A stretch of 64,000 nt of DNA, taken from the NCBI GenBank assembly GCA_017991395.1, contig JAGOQQ010000004.1, positions 32,430 through 96,429 on the forward strand. Reading direction: 5' to 3'. Position numbers and translations under genes: made by a program. Shown in pieces: positions 19,158-28,451 of this stretch (positions are counted from its first letter, which is position 1; every line of letters starts with the position of its first letter). The notes below the pieces were generated by a model. That model made no database searches, was not told the DNA's origin, and saw only the letters and a program-made list of their open reading frames with translations. The stretch comes from Minisyncoccota bacterium (GTDB lineage: Bacteria > Patescibacteriota > Minisyncoccia > Phycocordibacterales > UBA9973).

Positions 19158-19727
19158 TTAAGGGGTTAGCATTCTTTTAACAAAAGTATTTTTATAAAAA
19201 TTATCCTTATATACTGCAAATACTAATAAATCTACATACACATTTTCTCCTGCACTTGTATGATTTTTAAATCTAGCTTCAATGGGCAGGCCAAGTTTCT
19301 CGAAAATCTCCATAGATTCATTATTGTTTTCGTGAACCTCGCAATAAACTTTCCTACATTTAAGTGTTTCGAATAAAAAATTACATCCAAGTATAAACAT
19401 TTCAGCTCCATAGTAATGCGACTTTCTGTATTTTTCAGAAACAAAGGTTGTTGTATATCCAGTTAAATTTTGCTTATTGAATCGATAAATCCAGCTTGTA
19501 CCTATCGCGCTGTTTCTGGTGTTCCGTGCAATAAAATGTACATATCTATCATTTTTATATGCTTTTGAGATTTCGTCATCAAGCTCGTTTAGTGTGCATT
19601 TTTTAGAATAGGACATGCAATTACTTTGAAACGTTTCCGTGTTTCTCCATTCAAGCAGAACAGGGAGATCATCTCTGTTGATTTCAGTCAGGATGAGTCT
19701 TTTTCCATTGATATTCAAATTTTCCAT
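19158..19727 (-). CDS. GNAT family N-acetyltransferase
   Basis: KRLILTEINRDDLPVLLEWRN N-terminal pattern, and GNAT core YGAEMFILGCNFLFETLKCRKVYCEV. Confidence 0.6.
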   Translation of the reverse strand: MENLNINGKRLILTEINRDDLPVLLEWRNTETFQSNCMSYSKKCTLNELDDEISKAYKNDRYVHFIARNTRNSAIGTSWIYRFNKQNLTGYTTTFVSEKYRKSHYYGAEMFILGCNFLFETLKCRKVYCEVHENNNESMEIFEKLGLPIEARFKNHTSAGENVYVDLLVFAVYKDNFYKNTFVKRMLTP

Positions 19728-19912
19728 AGTGTTACGTTTTAATATTTATATGACATAATTGACATAATGTCAAGTAATTATAATCGTATACTTTATTGAT
19801 CCAGTAGTTTTTTAATCGATAAACTTTTCACCCTTTTAGTTTTAATACCTTGTTGGTATACTGAATAGATATAATATTTAATAAAATATTTGGATTAAAT
19901 GCTTTATAAACA

Positions 19913-20263
19913 ATGGAAAGTATTGAAGAAAAAACATATAAGCTAAGTAGCACCGACAAATTTTTGATGGTTGTTTTTATTGTCTTAATTGGAAGTGCTT
20001 TTATCTCTAATTTTTACCATTTCTATATAAACAAGAATTACACATATATTATTGAAACAGAATGTGATTCAGAGTTTGAAACTTGCTATATAGGAGAGGA
20101 TGATGGAGGGCAATTTTTTTATAATGTCAAGACCATTAATGCATACGATTTTTCAGCGTGTAGTGATAATTCTTGCACAAATGAATGTACAAGTGGCTTT
20201 TTAGAATGCATCACCATTCCATGCGGGACAGATCCTGCTGATGTTTGTTCAAAGAATGAATAA
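19913..20263 (+). CDS. Small Cys-rich protein with N-terminal membrane anchor
   Basis: One transmembrane helix (FLMVVFIVLIGSAFI), then 10 Cys in 70 residues (ECDSEFETCY...CSDNSCTNECTSGFLECITIPCG). Confidence 0.4.
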   Translation: MESIEEKTYKLSSTDKFLMVVFIVLIGSAFISNFYHFYINKNYTYIIETECDSEFETCYIGEDDGGQFFYNVKTINAYDFSACSDNSCTNECTSGFLECITIPCGTDPADVCSKNE

Positions 20264-21107
20264 TAAAATGATTAAAGAAAATTTAGATTTTCATACTGAC
20301 ATCGTATATAGTGACGAAATTAAAGAACAGGTTGAATATCTGATGAAAAATCGTGATGCATTTGATTCGTATGTATATACCTCCGTTGATGAAATTCTTA
20401 ATACTAATAAGTCAGTGCAAATCGAATGCAAAAAAAAGGTTGATTATATACTCAATCCTAATATTAAAAGCAAGTTAAATGGTATTTTATTTAGACAAAT
20501 AAATACACCAAATTACGAAACTCGACGATTTCATCAAATTTGTGAGGGGTATGGAATCAAGCCTTTTTTTGTTCAGTATAAAGAGGATAAATTTACTTCA
20601 AATAACTCACTTAAACGAAGTTACGGAAAAATACCCTGTGTGGTTGGTACTGATAAAAATGGGCAGTACATTATAAACTATGTCAATGTAATAGATTTTA
20701 ATCAAAGTAACGGTAAGAAAATTTCTGATATAAAGACATTACAAGGTGAAAATTTAGTTGAACTACACAATAAACTCTTGTTAGATCAAATACCTTCAAT
20801 CCATGAAAGTTCACTTGTGGAGGCCTCACGATGGTTCAAGAACAATGGTGATTGTGCAGGAAAGTATTATCTCAATTTATTGCTAAATTTTCAGACAGAC
20901 ACTTTTCTATTTGATAATTTTTCATTAAATGGAGAAGAGGAAGTATTTACCAGGAACGTTTTTTTGCCAACATTGATTCACATTAGAAATACGTATGGAA
21001 TAAAACCTATCATTATTGCTTTGGAGCCAACGGAGATTGAGAATAATTTGTTTTGGATTGCTCAGACTCCGGAAGTTTATAGTATAATTAAAAAATACAA
21101 TGATTGA
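20241..21107 (+). CDS. Hypothetical protein
   Basis: Overlaps the upstream gene by 23 nt and the downstream kinase by 8 nt, so they form an operon. Confidence 0.4.
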   Translation: MFVQRMNNKMIKENLDFHTDIVYSDEIKEQVEYLMKNRDAFDSYVYTSVDEILNTNKSVQIECKKKVDYILNPNIKSKLNGILFRQINTPNYETRRFHQICEGYGIKPFFVQYKEDKFTSNNSLKRSYGKIPCVVGTDKNGQYIINYVNVIDFNQSNGKKISDIKTLQGENLVELHNKLLLDQIPSIHESSLVEASRWFKNNGDCAGKYYLNLLLNFQTDTFLFDNFSLNGEEEVFTRNVFLPTLIHIRNTYGIKPIIIALEPTEIENNLFWIAQTPEVYSIIKKYND

Positions 21108-22725
21108 AAATACCTGCACTTTATACGGGAGTGCATATCACACAATTGCATATTATTCTCATCTCGTGCCGGCATTTCTTATAGGAACTCTGGCTGTTTT
21201 GATTTTAATGAAAAACAGAAGTTCATTAATAATCACATTTTGTTTATTTACCGCAACATTTATCTTGTGGTTGCTTGGAGATCTTATAGCCTGGACATCG
21301 CCAAATTACAATCTGATTTCTGCCGTGTGGTCATCACTTGATTTACTCAACATACTTTTTTATATTTTTGGTGCATATTTTTTTACGACACTAGTCAGCG
21401 GAAAAGATGTCAGTTTGTGGATAAAGGTTGCTATTGTGCTGGTGACATTGCCTGCTTGGTATATTACAGTTTCAAATATTAGTATTTCTTCATTCTACTT
21501 GCCTCAGTGTGAAGCAATCAATAATACCTTTCTTACAAATTACAAGATATTAATTGAAGCACTTGTAGTCTTGTTCATTGTTATATATGGTTACATTAAA
21601 TCACGAAAACTGGAGCCAGTTAGAAGAAAAAAAGTTGCACTTGTTGCAGCTGGGCTTATTTTATTCTTTGCAACATTTTCTGTAACTGAATTTATAGCTA
21701 GTCAAACAGGTATATATGAAATAAACTTGTATAGCCTTTTCGTCCTACCTGTTTTCCTTGGAATGATTATTTATGCAACAGTTTCTATGAATATATTCCA
21801 ACTCAAAATTATTGGCGAGCAGGCAATGATTTATGTACTTTTGATTATGGTCGGCTCTCAAATGTTCATACTTGAGAATAGGGACAACAGAATACTTTCG
21901 GTTATTACATTCCTGTTATCATTATTCTTTGCATATGTGTTACTTCAGAGTTCACGAAGAGAAGCAATGGCAAAGCGACACATTGAAGAACTCGTATTCC
22001 AACTCGAAGAAGCAAACTCAAAATTGCATGATCTCGACAAGATGAAAACAGAATTCCTCTCACTCGCATCTCATCAGCTTCGTAGTCCACTTACCGCAAT
22101 CAAGGGTTATGCATCGATGCTTCTTGAAGGTTCGTATGGGCAAATCGTCCCAGAACAAAAAGTACCAGTAGATCGAATCTTTCAATCAAGTGTAAACTTG
22201 GCGCAAATCGTGGAAGACTTGCTTGATGTGTCAAAAATGGAACAAGGTGGAATGAAATTCGAAATGGCAGACGTGGACCTAGTGGGAATCTTGAAAGGTC
22301 TGACAAATGAGCTTCAGGTTTCTGCAAAAAGTCGAAATCTTGATCTTGTGTTCGAAACAAATCTTACAGAAGCAATTGTGGAAGTAGACTCAGTAAAAAT
22401 TCGTCAAGTGTTTGCAAACTATGTAGACAATGCACTCAAGTATACAGAAAAAGGAACAGTCAAAATCTCAATTGCAAAATCAGATGACGGAAAAAAGATT
22501 GTGGTTGGAGTCAAGGATTCAGGAATGGGTATTCCTCCAGAGATTATGAAAACACTCTTCAAAAAGTTTGAACGTGGAGAGGGCGGAAAGGTCAACGCGG
22601 GAGGTTCAGGACTTGGGCTATATCTCGCAAAAGAAATCGTCAACGCACACAAAGGACGCACTTGGGCTGAATCAGAAGGACGAGGCAAGGGAAGTACATT
22701 TTTTGTGGAGCTTAGTTTGAAATAA
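21100..22725 (+). CDS. Membrane-bound sensor histidine kinase (orphan; no response regulator nearby)
   Basis: N-terminal multi-transmembrane sensor region. HisKA H-box LSLASHQLRSPLTAIKGY. HATPase_c region with GGSGLGLYLAKEIVNAHKG. Confidence 0.8.
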   Translation: MIENTCTLYGSAYHTIAYYSHLVPAFLIGTLAVLILMKNRSSLIITFCLFTATFILWLLGDLIAWTSPNYNLISAVWSSLDLLNILFYIFGAYFFTTLVSGKDVSLWIKVAIVLVTLPAWYITVSNISISSFYLPQCEAINNTFLTNYKILIEALVVLFIVIYGYIKSRKLEPVRRKKVALVAAGLILFFATFSVTEFIASQTGIYEINLYSLFVLPVFLGMIIYATVSMNIFQLKIIGEQAMIYVLLIMVGSQMFILENRDNRILSVITFLLSLFFAYVLLQSSRREAMAKRHIEELVFQLEEANSKLHDLDKMKTEFLSLASHQLRSPLTAIKGYASMLLEGSYGQIVPEQKVPVDRIFQSSVNLAQIVEDLLDVSKMEQGGMKFEMADVDLVGILKGLTNELQVSAKSRNLDLVFETNLTEAIVEVDSVKIRQVFANYVDNALKYTEKGTVKISIAKSDDGKKIVVGVKDSGMGIPPEIMKTLFKKFERGEGGKVNAGGSGLGLYLAKEIVNAHKGRTWAESEGRGKGSTFFVELSLK

Positions 22726-22737
22726 TATAAAGTAAAT

Positions 22738-22778
22738 TAAAAATCACATCGCGCAAATTTACGCGGTGTGATTTTTAA
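22738..22778 (+). terminator. Terminator after the histidine kinase
   Basis: atcacatcgcgcaaatttacgcggtgtgat hairpin plus T-run. Confidence 0.55.
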
Positions 22779-22838
22779 TAAAAATTGACAAACTGTCAAA
22801 GAGTGATATTATGACGTAAAATCTAAAAAACAAATAAA

Positions 22839-23843
22839 ATGGAGAAAAAACTTTTAATAATTAGCAATTCTGATGAATTGTATTATTACAAACCCGTTAT
22901 TAAGGTTATTAATGAGATTTACAATCACGATGTGTATGTATTTGATTTCAATCAATATCCACGCACTGCGACAATGTCGGTGTCATTAAGTAATAGCAGG
23001 AAAGTGTGTGGGTCACTCAAAACGACACAGTGGAGTAAAGGGCAATCAAGAAAAGGTGTCATGCTTGAAATTAATGATGTATTTAAAGTGTGGCCGATAC
23101 GCATTGGTAATACCAATATAAGCCCTGAACTAGATCCTGTCTCTGCTTTTTTTGCAAAAAAGCAGGCGCACTATGCGATTGAGTCTTTGCTTGCACTTTT
23201 TGAGTGTGAGGTAATAAATCCTCCACGTATCGCTAGATTTGTACAGCACAATAAGTTATATCAATTAGAAATTGCAAAATGGGCAGGATTATCGATTCCC
23301 GATACACTAGTATCATCCAATTATTCTGATGTGTGTGAGTTTGCAGAAAAATGTGGTGGTAGTATGTTAGTAAAATCAATATACACAATGCCGTTCTTAA
23401 ACGAAGACACCAAGGAAATGTTTGGTATATATTCAAGTATTATTACAAAAAGAGAACTTACTTCCTTTTCAGTAAAAGCTTGTCCAAATATCTATCAAGC
23501 ATATATTGAAAAGAAAGTGGAACTACGGATTTCGTACGCCAATGGGAAAATTATGACTTGTTCCATTGATTCGCAATTAAGCGAAAAAACCAAGATTGAT
23601 TGGCGTAATTATGACTTTGGTAATGTTAAACATACTACTTACAAATTACCTAAAGACATTCAGAGAACACTTGTAAAATATATGACACGCATAGGGTTAA
23701 AGTATGGGCAAATAGACATGATACTTACCCCTAATGACGAGTATGTATTTTTGGAAGTAAATCCGTCTGGGCAATGGGGATGGATTCAAGGATTGACTGG
23801 CCTTGAGATTGATCATTCAATTGCTAAGATGCTCATTGAATAG
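22839..23843 (+). CDS. Second ATP-grasp RiPP maturase, MdnB/MdnC-like
   Basis: VELRISYANGKIMTCSIDSQ...DWRNY and LKYGQIDMILTPNDEYVFLEVNPSGQW. N-terminus LLIISNSDELYYYKPVIKVINEI. Paralogous to the 12356 ATP-grasp gene. Confidence 0.8.
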   Translation: MEKKLLIISNSDELYYYKPVIKVINEIYNHDVYVFDFNQYPRTATMSVSLSNSRKVCGSLKTTQWSKGQSRKGVMLEINDVFKVWPIRIGNTNISPELDPVSAFFAKKQAHYAIESLLALFECEVINPPRIARFVQHNKLYQLEIAKWAGLSIPDTLVSSNYSDVCEFAEKCGGSMLVKSIYTMPFLNEDTKEMFGIYSSIITKRELTSFSVKACPNIYQAYIEKKVELRISYANGKIMTCSIDSQLSEKTKIDWRNYDFGNVKHTTYKLPKDIQRTLVKYMTRIGLKYGQIDMILTPNDEYVFLEVNPSGQWGWIQGLTGLEIDHSIAKMLIE

Positions 23844-23860
23844 TAAAAACCCTTTGGAAT

Positions 23861-24700
23861 TTAATTTCCAGGGGGTTTTCTTAATCCTAATTCAATTAAA
23901 TATGGCATTGTCATTTCTTCAAATGTCGGTTCGTATTTAATTAACTTTTCAAATACAGTTACGAACTTTTTTTTAATCGTACTCAACATTTCTTTATTAT
24001 TCTTTTTTAGCTTTTCGTACATGTACAGTCTCGCAAGATAATTTTGATACGCTGAGTACAAACTCATGACTGAACTTTTTTCTGACAATTTATTTTCATA
24101 CGATAGGAGTTTTTTAAACCCGACAGTAGTTTCAAGATTGATTTTCTTTTTGTCCAAGACTAAACTAGCAATATGATTTAAAACTTTACCTGCTTTTTTA
24201 TAAGAAAGTATCAACATTGAAACATCTTTTGCACTCAGTGAATTTTTGCCGTTTGAATAAAAATAATTAGAAATTCTTTTGTATGTTTCAAAGTCATTTG
24301 ACAAAGTATGGTTATATATATCAAATACCGCACTTGCGACATGTCGTGAGGTAGGGAAAACACTCAACATTTTATCTGCAATCGCTTCGTTCGTAGTTTG
24401 TGTAAAAAATTGGTATCCTGAAAGAATCAATGTTTTGTTTTTGGTAGTAGAAATTTGGTCAATCAAACTCAAATACAAGCTCGCCCAATCTTCAGTAAGA
24501 ATTTGTTCATTGTAGTTGGTCTCAAGCTCGAGTAGTAAATTGGTTAACTTTTTATTATGAATGTCGGTATGTGTGGCAATTTCCTCCTCTGATAACTCAA
24601 TAGAATAAAGAATTTTCGAAAAATCTTCAATAATTTTGTAGTATTTTCTTTTGAAGACTAGTAATGAGTTCATACTGGACATTATTGCATAAAAAAACAA
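23861..24700 (-). CDS. Hypothetical protein
   Basis: ORF downstream of the small peptide gene on the minus strand. Convergent on the ATP-grasp, with the bidirectional hairpin 23848-23880 between them. Confidence 0.4.
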   Translation of the reverse strand: MFFYAIMSSMNSLLVFKRKYYKIIEDFSKILYSIELSEEEIATHTDIHNKKLTNLLLELETNYNEQILTEDWASLYLSLIDQISTTKNKTLILSGYQFFTQTTNEAIADKMLSVFPTSRHVASAVFDIYNHTLSNDFETYKRISNYFYSNGKNSLSAKDVSMLILSYKKAGKVLNHIASLVLDKKKINLETTVGFKKLLSYENKLSEKSSVMSLYSAYQNYLARLYMYEKLKKNNKEMLSTIKKKFVTVFEKLIKYEPTFEEMTMPYLIELGLRKPPGN

Positions 24701-24737
24701 AAGTAGGCAATAAGTGAATATTGCCTACTGAATTGAA

Positions 24738-24947
24738 TTAGTCTCCTTCGTCAAACTTATAATCGCTCTTTACTCCTGTTGCGTAATGAGTGTGGCAACC
24801 TGCAGCTGCGCATACTCCGGGAGATGTTTGAGTTGGAATTGGTTTAAGTTGACCAATAAGTAGTGGTTTTCGCTTGTTTCTCAACAAGGATTCATTAAAG
24901 ACAGTAATTTTTGATTCACGTACTGCTTGCTTTGATGATGTTTTCAT
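24738..24947 (-). CDS. Small 69-aa protein, candidate RiPP precursor
   Basis: C-terminal TGVKSDYKFDEGD contains the Thr/Lys/Ser/Asp/Glu set of microviridin cores (TxKxPSDxEE). Consensus promoter immediately upstream. Confidence 0.3.
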   Translation of the reverse strand: MKTSSKQAVRESKITVFNESLLRNKRKPLLIGQLKPIPTQTSPGVCAAAGCHTHYATGVKSDYKFDEGD

Positions 24948-24979
24948 GACTTCGGTTTTTGAAAGATTAAATTAGCTAT

Positions 24980-25007
24980 ATTATAGATTGTAGTTTTCAA
25001 TTGTCAA
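24980..25007 (-). promoter_or_regulatory. Near-consensus sigma70 promoter (TTGACA-N16-TATAAT) for the small ORF
   Basis: Minus-strand reading is ttgacaattgaaaactacaatctataat. Confidence 0.6.
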
Positions 25008-25038
25008 TACTGTCTTTTTACATCTGTAGAATATCAAT

Positions 25039-26415
25039 TTATTTCACTTCAATATCCGGACCGTCGGGTGTGTCGTTGATTTCAAAACCAAGCGTACTGA
25101 TTTGATTACGAAGCATATCTGAAGTTGCCCAATCTTTTTCTTTTCGTGCATCTTCACGTTGATTCACCAATTCACGAATATTTTCCGGTACTACTACGTT
25201 AGAAATTGCTCCTAGTCCGAGCCCGAGAACTTTGTCGAAATAAAGTGCAGTCGCATATTTGTCTTCTTTTGATACTTCAGTATCTTTCAAGAGTTCCCAG
25301 AGTGTTGCAACAGCATCAGCGGTGTTCAAATCATTTGATAACGCCGTCTCAAAGCGTTCCTTGTACAAAGAGTGTACATTTCCTATTCCAGCATTCTTTA
25401 GTGTGCGTACGTGAGAATAGAGACGTTTGAGGGCTTGTGAGGGTCCTTCTAGGGATTCCCATTTGAAGTTCATTACTGTTTTATAGTGCGCACCAAGAAC
25501 CCAAAGTCTGTATGCGACAGGATTGAATCCTTTGTCGATAAGTGTTCGAAGTGTAATGAAATTTTCACCAGACTTTGCCATTTTGTCTTCACCAATATTT
25601 ACAAAGTCAGAGTGGAGCCAATACTTTACATACTGCACGCCTGTTACTGATTCTGATTGTGCGATCTCATTGTTGTGATGAACTGGAATATGGTCAATTC
25701 CGCCTGTGTGAATATCAAAAGTATCACCAAGATATTTTCGTGACATTGCTGAACATTCAATGTGCCAGCCGGGAAATCCTTTTCCAAACGGGGCGTCATA
25801 ACCGAGTTCTTCGTTCCATTTCCAAATTGCAAAGTCGCGGGGATTTTTCTTTTCGTCATTTAGTCCGATTCGTGAATGTTCGCCATCAAGTGAGACAACA
25901 CCACCAAGTGCACCATATGACGGAAATGTCGCTGTATCAAAATATATTCCATCACTTGTTTTGTAGGCGTGATTCTTTTCAAGAAGAGTATTTACCATTT
26001 CGACATCCTCGGCAATATGATCTGAGGCAAAAGGGAAATGAGTTGCGGGTGTGATGTTGAGTGAGTTTAAATCTTCTTTGAATTTTTCAAAATAAAAATC
26101 TGCGACTTCTCGCATAGCTTGAAGTGTCATTGGTTTTCCTTCGCGCTTGAGTGCTTTGGACATTTTGTCCTCACCGTCGTCGCCGTCACTTGAAAGATGA
26201 CCAATGTCAGTCACGTTGATCACTTGAGTTACTTCGTATGAAGCGAGCTCGAGAGTCTTTCTTAAAACATCAGCAAAAATATACGCACGGAGATTTCCGA
26301 TGTGCGCATAGTTGTAGACTGTTGGACCACAGTTGTACATTCCGACTTTGTTGTCGGAAATGGGTGAAAACTGTTCTATTTTCTTGGTCAGAGTGTTGTA
26401 AAATTTTAGATCCAT
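25039..26415 (-). CDS. cysS: Cysteinyl-tRNA synthetase
   Basis: MYNCGPTVYNYAHIGNLRAY (HIGN motif), DKMAKSGENF (KMSKS variant), and Cys/His zinc ligands. Confidence 0.9.
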   Translation of the reverse strand: MDLKFYNTLTKKIEQFSPISDNKVGMYNCGPTVYNYAHIGNLRAYIFADVLRKTLELASYEVTQVINVTDIGHLSSDGDDGEDKMSKALKREGKPMTLQAMREVADFYFEKFKEDLNSLNITPATHFPFASDHIAEDVEMVNTLLEKNHAYKTSDGIYFDTATFPSYGALGGVVSLDGEHSRIGLNDEKKNPRDFAIWKWNEELGYDAPFGKGFPGWHIECSAMSRKYLGDTFDIHTGGIDHIPVHHNNEIAQSESVTGVQYVKYWLHSDFVNIGEDKMAKSGENFITLRTLIDKGFNPVAYRLWVLGAHYKTVMNFKWESLEGPSQALKRLYSHVRTLKNAGIGNVHSLYKERFETALSNDLNTADAVATLWELLKDTEVSKEDKYATALYFDKVLGLGLGAISNVVVPENIRELVNQREDARKEKDWATSDMLRNQISTLGFEINDTPDGPDIEVK

Positions 26416-27317
26416 TTTTTGCCTTTGAAGAATATGAACATCACTAAACCAAGGAAAAGCATAGCCAAAATTACATACATGAATTCAGCTGAGCTATTGA
26501 TAAAGACGATTTCACTATTCATACCGAATATACCTGCAATTAGCGAAAGAGGCAACATGATGAATGAAAGTGCAGTGAGCACTTTTACGGTCTGGTTTGT
26601 CTTTGCAGAGAGTAATGTGTCGTTTGTTTCGCGTAGGTCACGAAGGATTTCTTTGTGTCCCTCGAGGAGATTGTTGACCTTGTTGTATTCTCCGGTGATT
26701 GCTGAAAGATAATACGAGAAATTGTCTCCATAAAAGTTTTTACCTGCACCTTCAAATGATTCAAGTACATTTCCATGAAAACGAATCGCTTGTTTGAAAT
26801 CGAGCAACTTTCTGTTGGTTTCCGATATTGTGTGCACCATTTTTCCTTCCTTTCCATCAAAAATATTTTTTTCAATATCTTTGAGGTTGTCGTTGATGCC
26901 TTCGAGTGCTTCCATTGAGTCTTTGTAGAGTTCTTTTATGAGGTAGTAAAAAAGAAAACCGGCGTGATCACCAATTGCATGTTTATTTTCAACTGTATGA
27001 CTTTCAAATGAGTGTGCACAGTGTGAAAGTGCACGAATTTTTTCATAGTGAACAGTGATCACATAGTCTTTGCCGAGCAAAAAGTCGATTTCTTGTTCTG
27101 TAGTTTGATCACCTTTTGAGTGAATTTTTGGAAAATGCAAAATAAGATAAATCGTGTTGTGATGGAGATCTACTTTCGAACGGACAGTTTTTGAGAGAAG
27201 CTCTTTTGCGGCAATTTCCGGAATACCGTATTCTTCAATGAGATGTGTGATCTCATTTTGAGTCGGCGATTCAACGTCAATCCACGTAAGATTGCGATAC
27301 TTGTTTGTACAAATCAT
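26406..27317 (-). CDS. corA: CorA-family Mg2+/Co2+ transporter
   Basis: GMN motif (IFGMNSE) between two C-terminal transmembrane helices, and a basic tail KGKKWI. Confidence 0.75.
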   Translation of the reverse strand: MICTNKYRNLTWIDVESPTQNEITHLIEEYGIPEIAAKELLSKTVRSKVDLHHNTIYLILHFPKIHSKGDQTTEQEIDFLLGKDYVITVHYEKIRALSHCAHSFESHTVENKHAIGDHAGFLFYYLIKELYKDSMEALEGINDNLKDIEKNIFDGKEGKMVHTISETNRKLLDFKQAIRFHGNVLESFEGAGKNFYGDNFSYYLSAITGEYNKVNNLLEGHKEILRDLRETNDTLLSAKTNQTVKVLTALSFIMLPLSLIAGIFGMNSEIVFINSSAEFMYVILAMLFLGLVMFIFFKGKKWI

Positions 27318-27523
27318 ATTAATAAGTATAAAGCTAAAAGTTGAAAGCTGAAAGGGGATTTCAGAAGAAGTTCAGAAAGCGCTGAAAATTAGTTTGCAAT
27401 ATATGCTTAGTTTGTCAAATTTTTCCCTCATATTCTCATATATATTCCTTATGCTTTGGGCTTTTAGCTTTGAGGTTGCTTTTTCTTGCATTTTTCTGCA
27501 AATAATATATAATCTTCCTACAT

Positions 27524-27862
27524 ATGGCAAAAGTGGCTAAAAAAGATGAATTTGCAGTTTTCTTTACTGGAGGCAAACAATACAAGGTCTCAGTTGGAGA
27601 CGTGCTCAAAATTGAGAAGCTCGACGGCGAACACAAAGCTGGCGATGTGCTTTCTTTTGACAAAGTTCTCCTTGTAGACAACGGAACTGATACAAGTATT
27701 GGTACACCGTATATTGCAGGAGCACAAGTTACCGCAACTTTGAAGAAAATCGACCGATATCCAACAGTTCGAGTAGTACGATACAAGCAAAAGAGTCGTT
27801 ACCACAAGGAAAATGGCCACCGCCAACCTTACGCAGAAATCGAAATCACAGGAATCAAATAA
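27524..27862 (+). CDS. rplU: 50S ribosomal protein L21
   Basis: FAVFFTGGKQYKVSVGDVLKIEKLDG is an L21 hallmark. Terminator at 27868-27898. Confidence 0.95.
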   Translation: MAKVAKKDEFAVFFTGGKQYKVSVGDVLKIEKLDGEHKAGDVLSFDKVLLVDNGTDTSIGTPYIAGAQVTATLKKIDRYPTVRVVRYKQKSRYHKENGHRQPYAEIEITGIK

Positions 27863-27917
27863 CTCAATTAAAACCCACCCGAAAGGGTGGTTTTTTGAAA
27901 CCGATTCGTATGGAATA

Positions 27918-27962
27918 AGCCTGACCTAGAGGGGAGGTGTCACGAAGTGACGGAGGGGTAAG
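27918..27962 (-). repeat. GC-rich two-hairpin repeat element, copy B (reverse orientation, variant stem GTCAC/GTGAC)
   Basis: Reverse complement reads cttacccctccgtcacttcgtgacacctcccctctaggtcaggc. Confidence 0.65.
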
Positions 27963-28317
27963 AATTAACAACCTCAGTTATCTTTTCACAACACGAATCA
28001 AAACTTTCTATAATTTCATTGTTTGTAAAACGAATTACTTGAACTCCAAGATTTTTCAAATCTTTACTTCTGTGTTCATCATAATTTTTTGATTTATCTG
28101 AATCAAAGTGTGAATCTCCATCAATCTCGATTGCGAGCATGATTTTAGGAATATAAAAATCCAAAATATAGTTTCCGACGGGTCGCTGTCGAATACATTT
28201 TGGTTCTAGGTTTCGCAAAAAATCGTACCAAATTTTTTTCTCACAAAATGTCATATTCTTTCTCAAATCTTTTGCGCGACTTTTGAGGTTTGAATTGTAG
28301 TTTTTGTAGGATTTCAT
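27940..28317 (-). CDS. DUF559-type endonuclease-like protein (restriction-endonuclease fold)
   Basis: LAIEIDGDSHFD is the hallmark EIDG..H of DUF559/Vsr-like domains. Confidence 0.55.
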   Translation of the reverse strand: MKSYKNYNSNLKSRAKDLRKNMTFCEKKIWYDFLRNLEPKCIRQRPVGNYILDFYIPKIMLAIEIDGDSHFDSDKSKNYDEHRSKDLKNLGVQVIRFTNNEIIESFDSCCEKITEVVNSYPSVTS

Positions 28318-28323
28318 AAATAC

Positions 28324-28366
28324 TTTTACCCCTCCGCCCTACGGGCACCTCCCCTCAAGGGGAGGC
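28324..28366 (+). repeat. GC-rich two-hairpin repeat element, copy C (stem GCCCtacgGGC)
   Basis: ttttacccctccgccctacgggcacctcccctcaaggggaggc. Confidence 0.7.
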
Positions 28367-28451
28367 TTGGGCTCACTAAAGTCTAAAGACTAGCGACTAA
28401 AGACTGCATTTTTCTTCTTTCAGCTTTAGACTTTTGGCTTTTAGCTATGCC

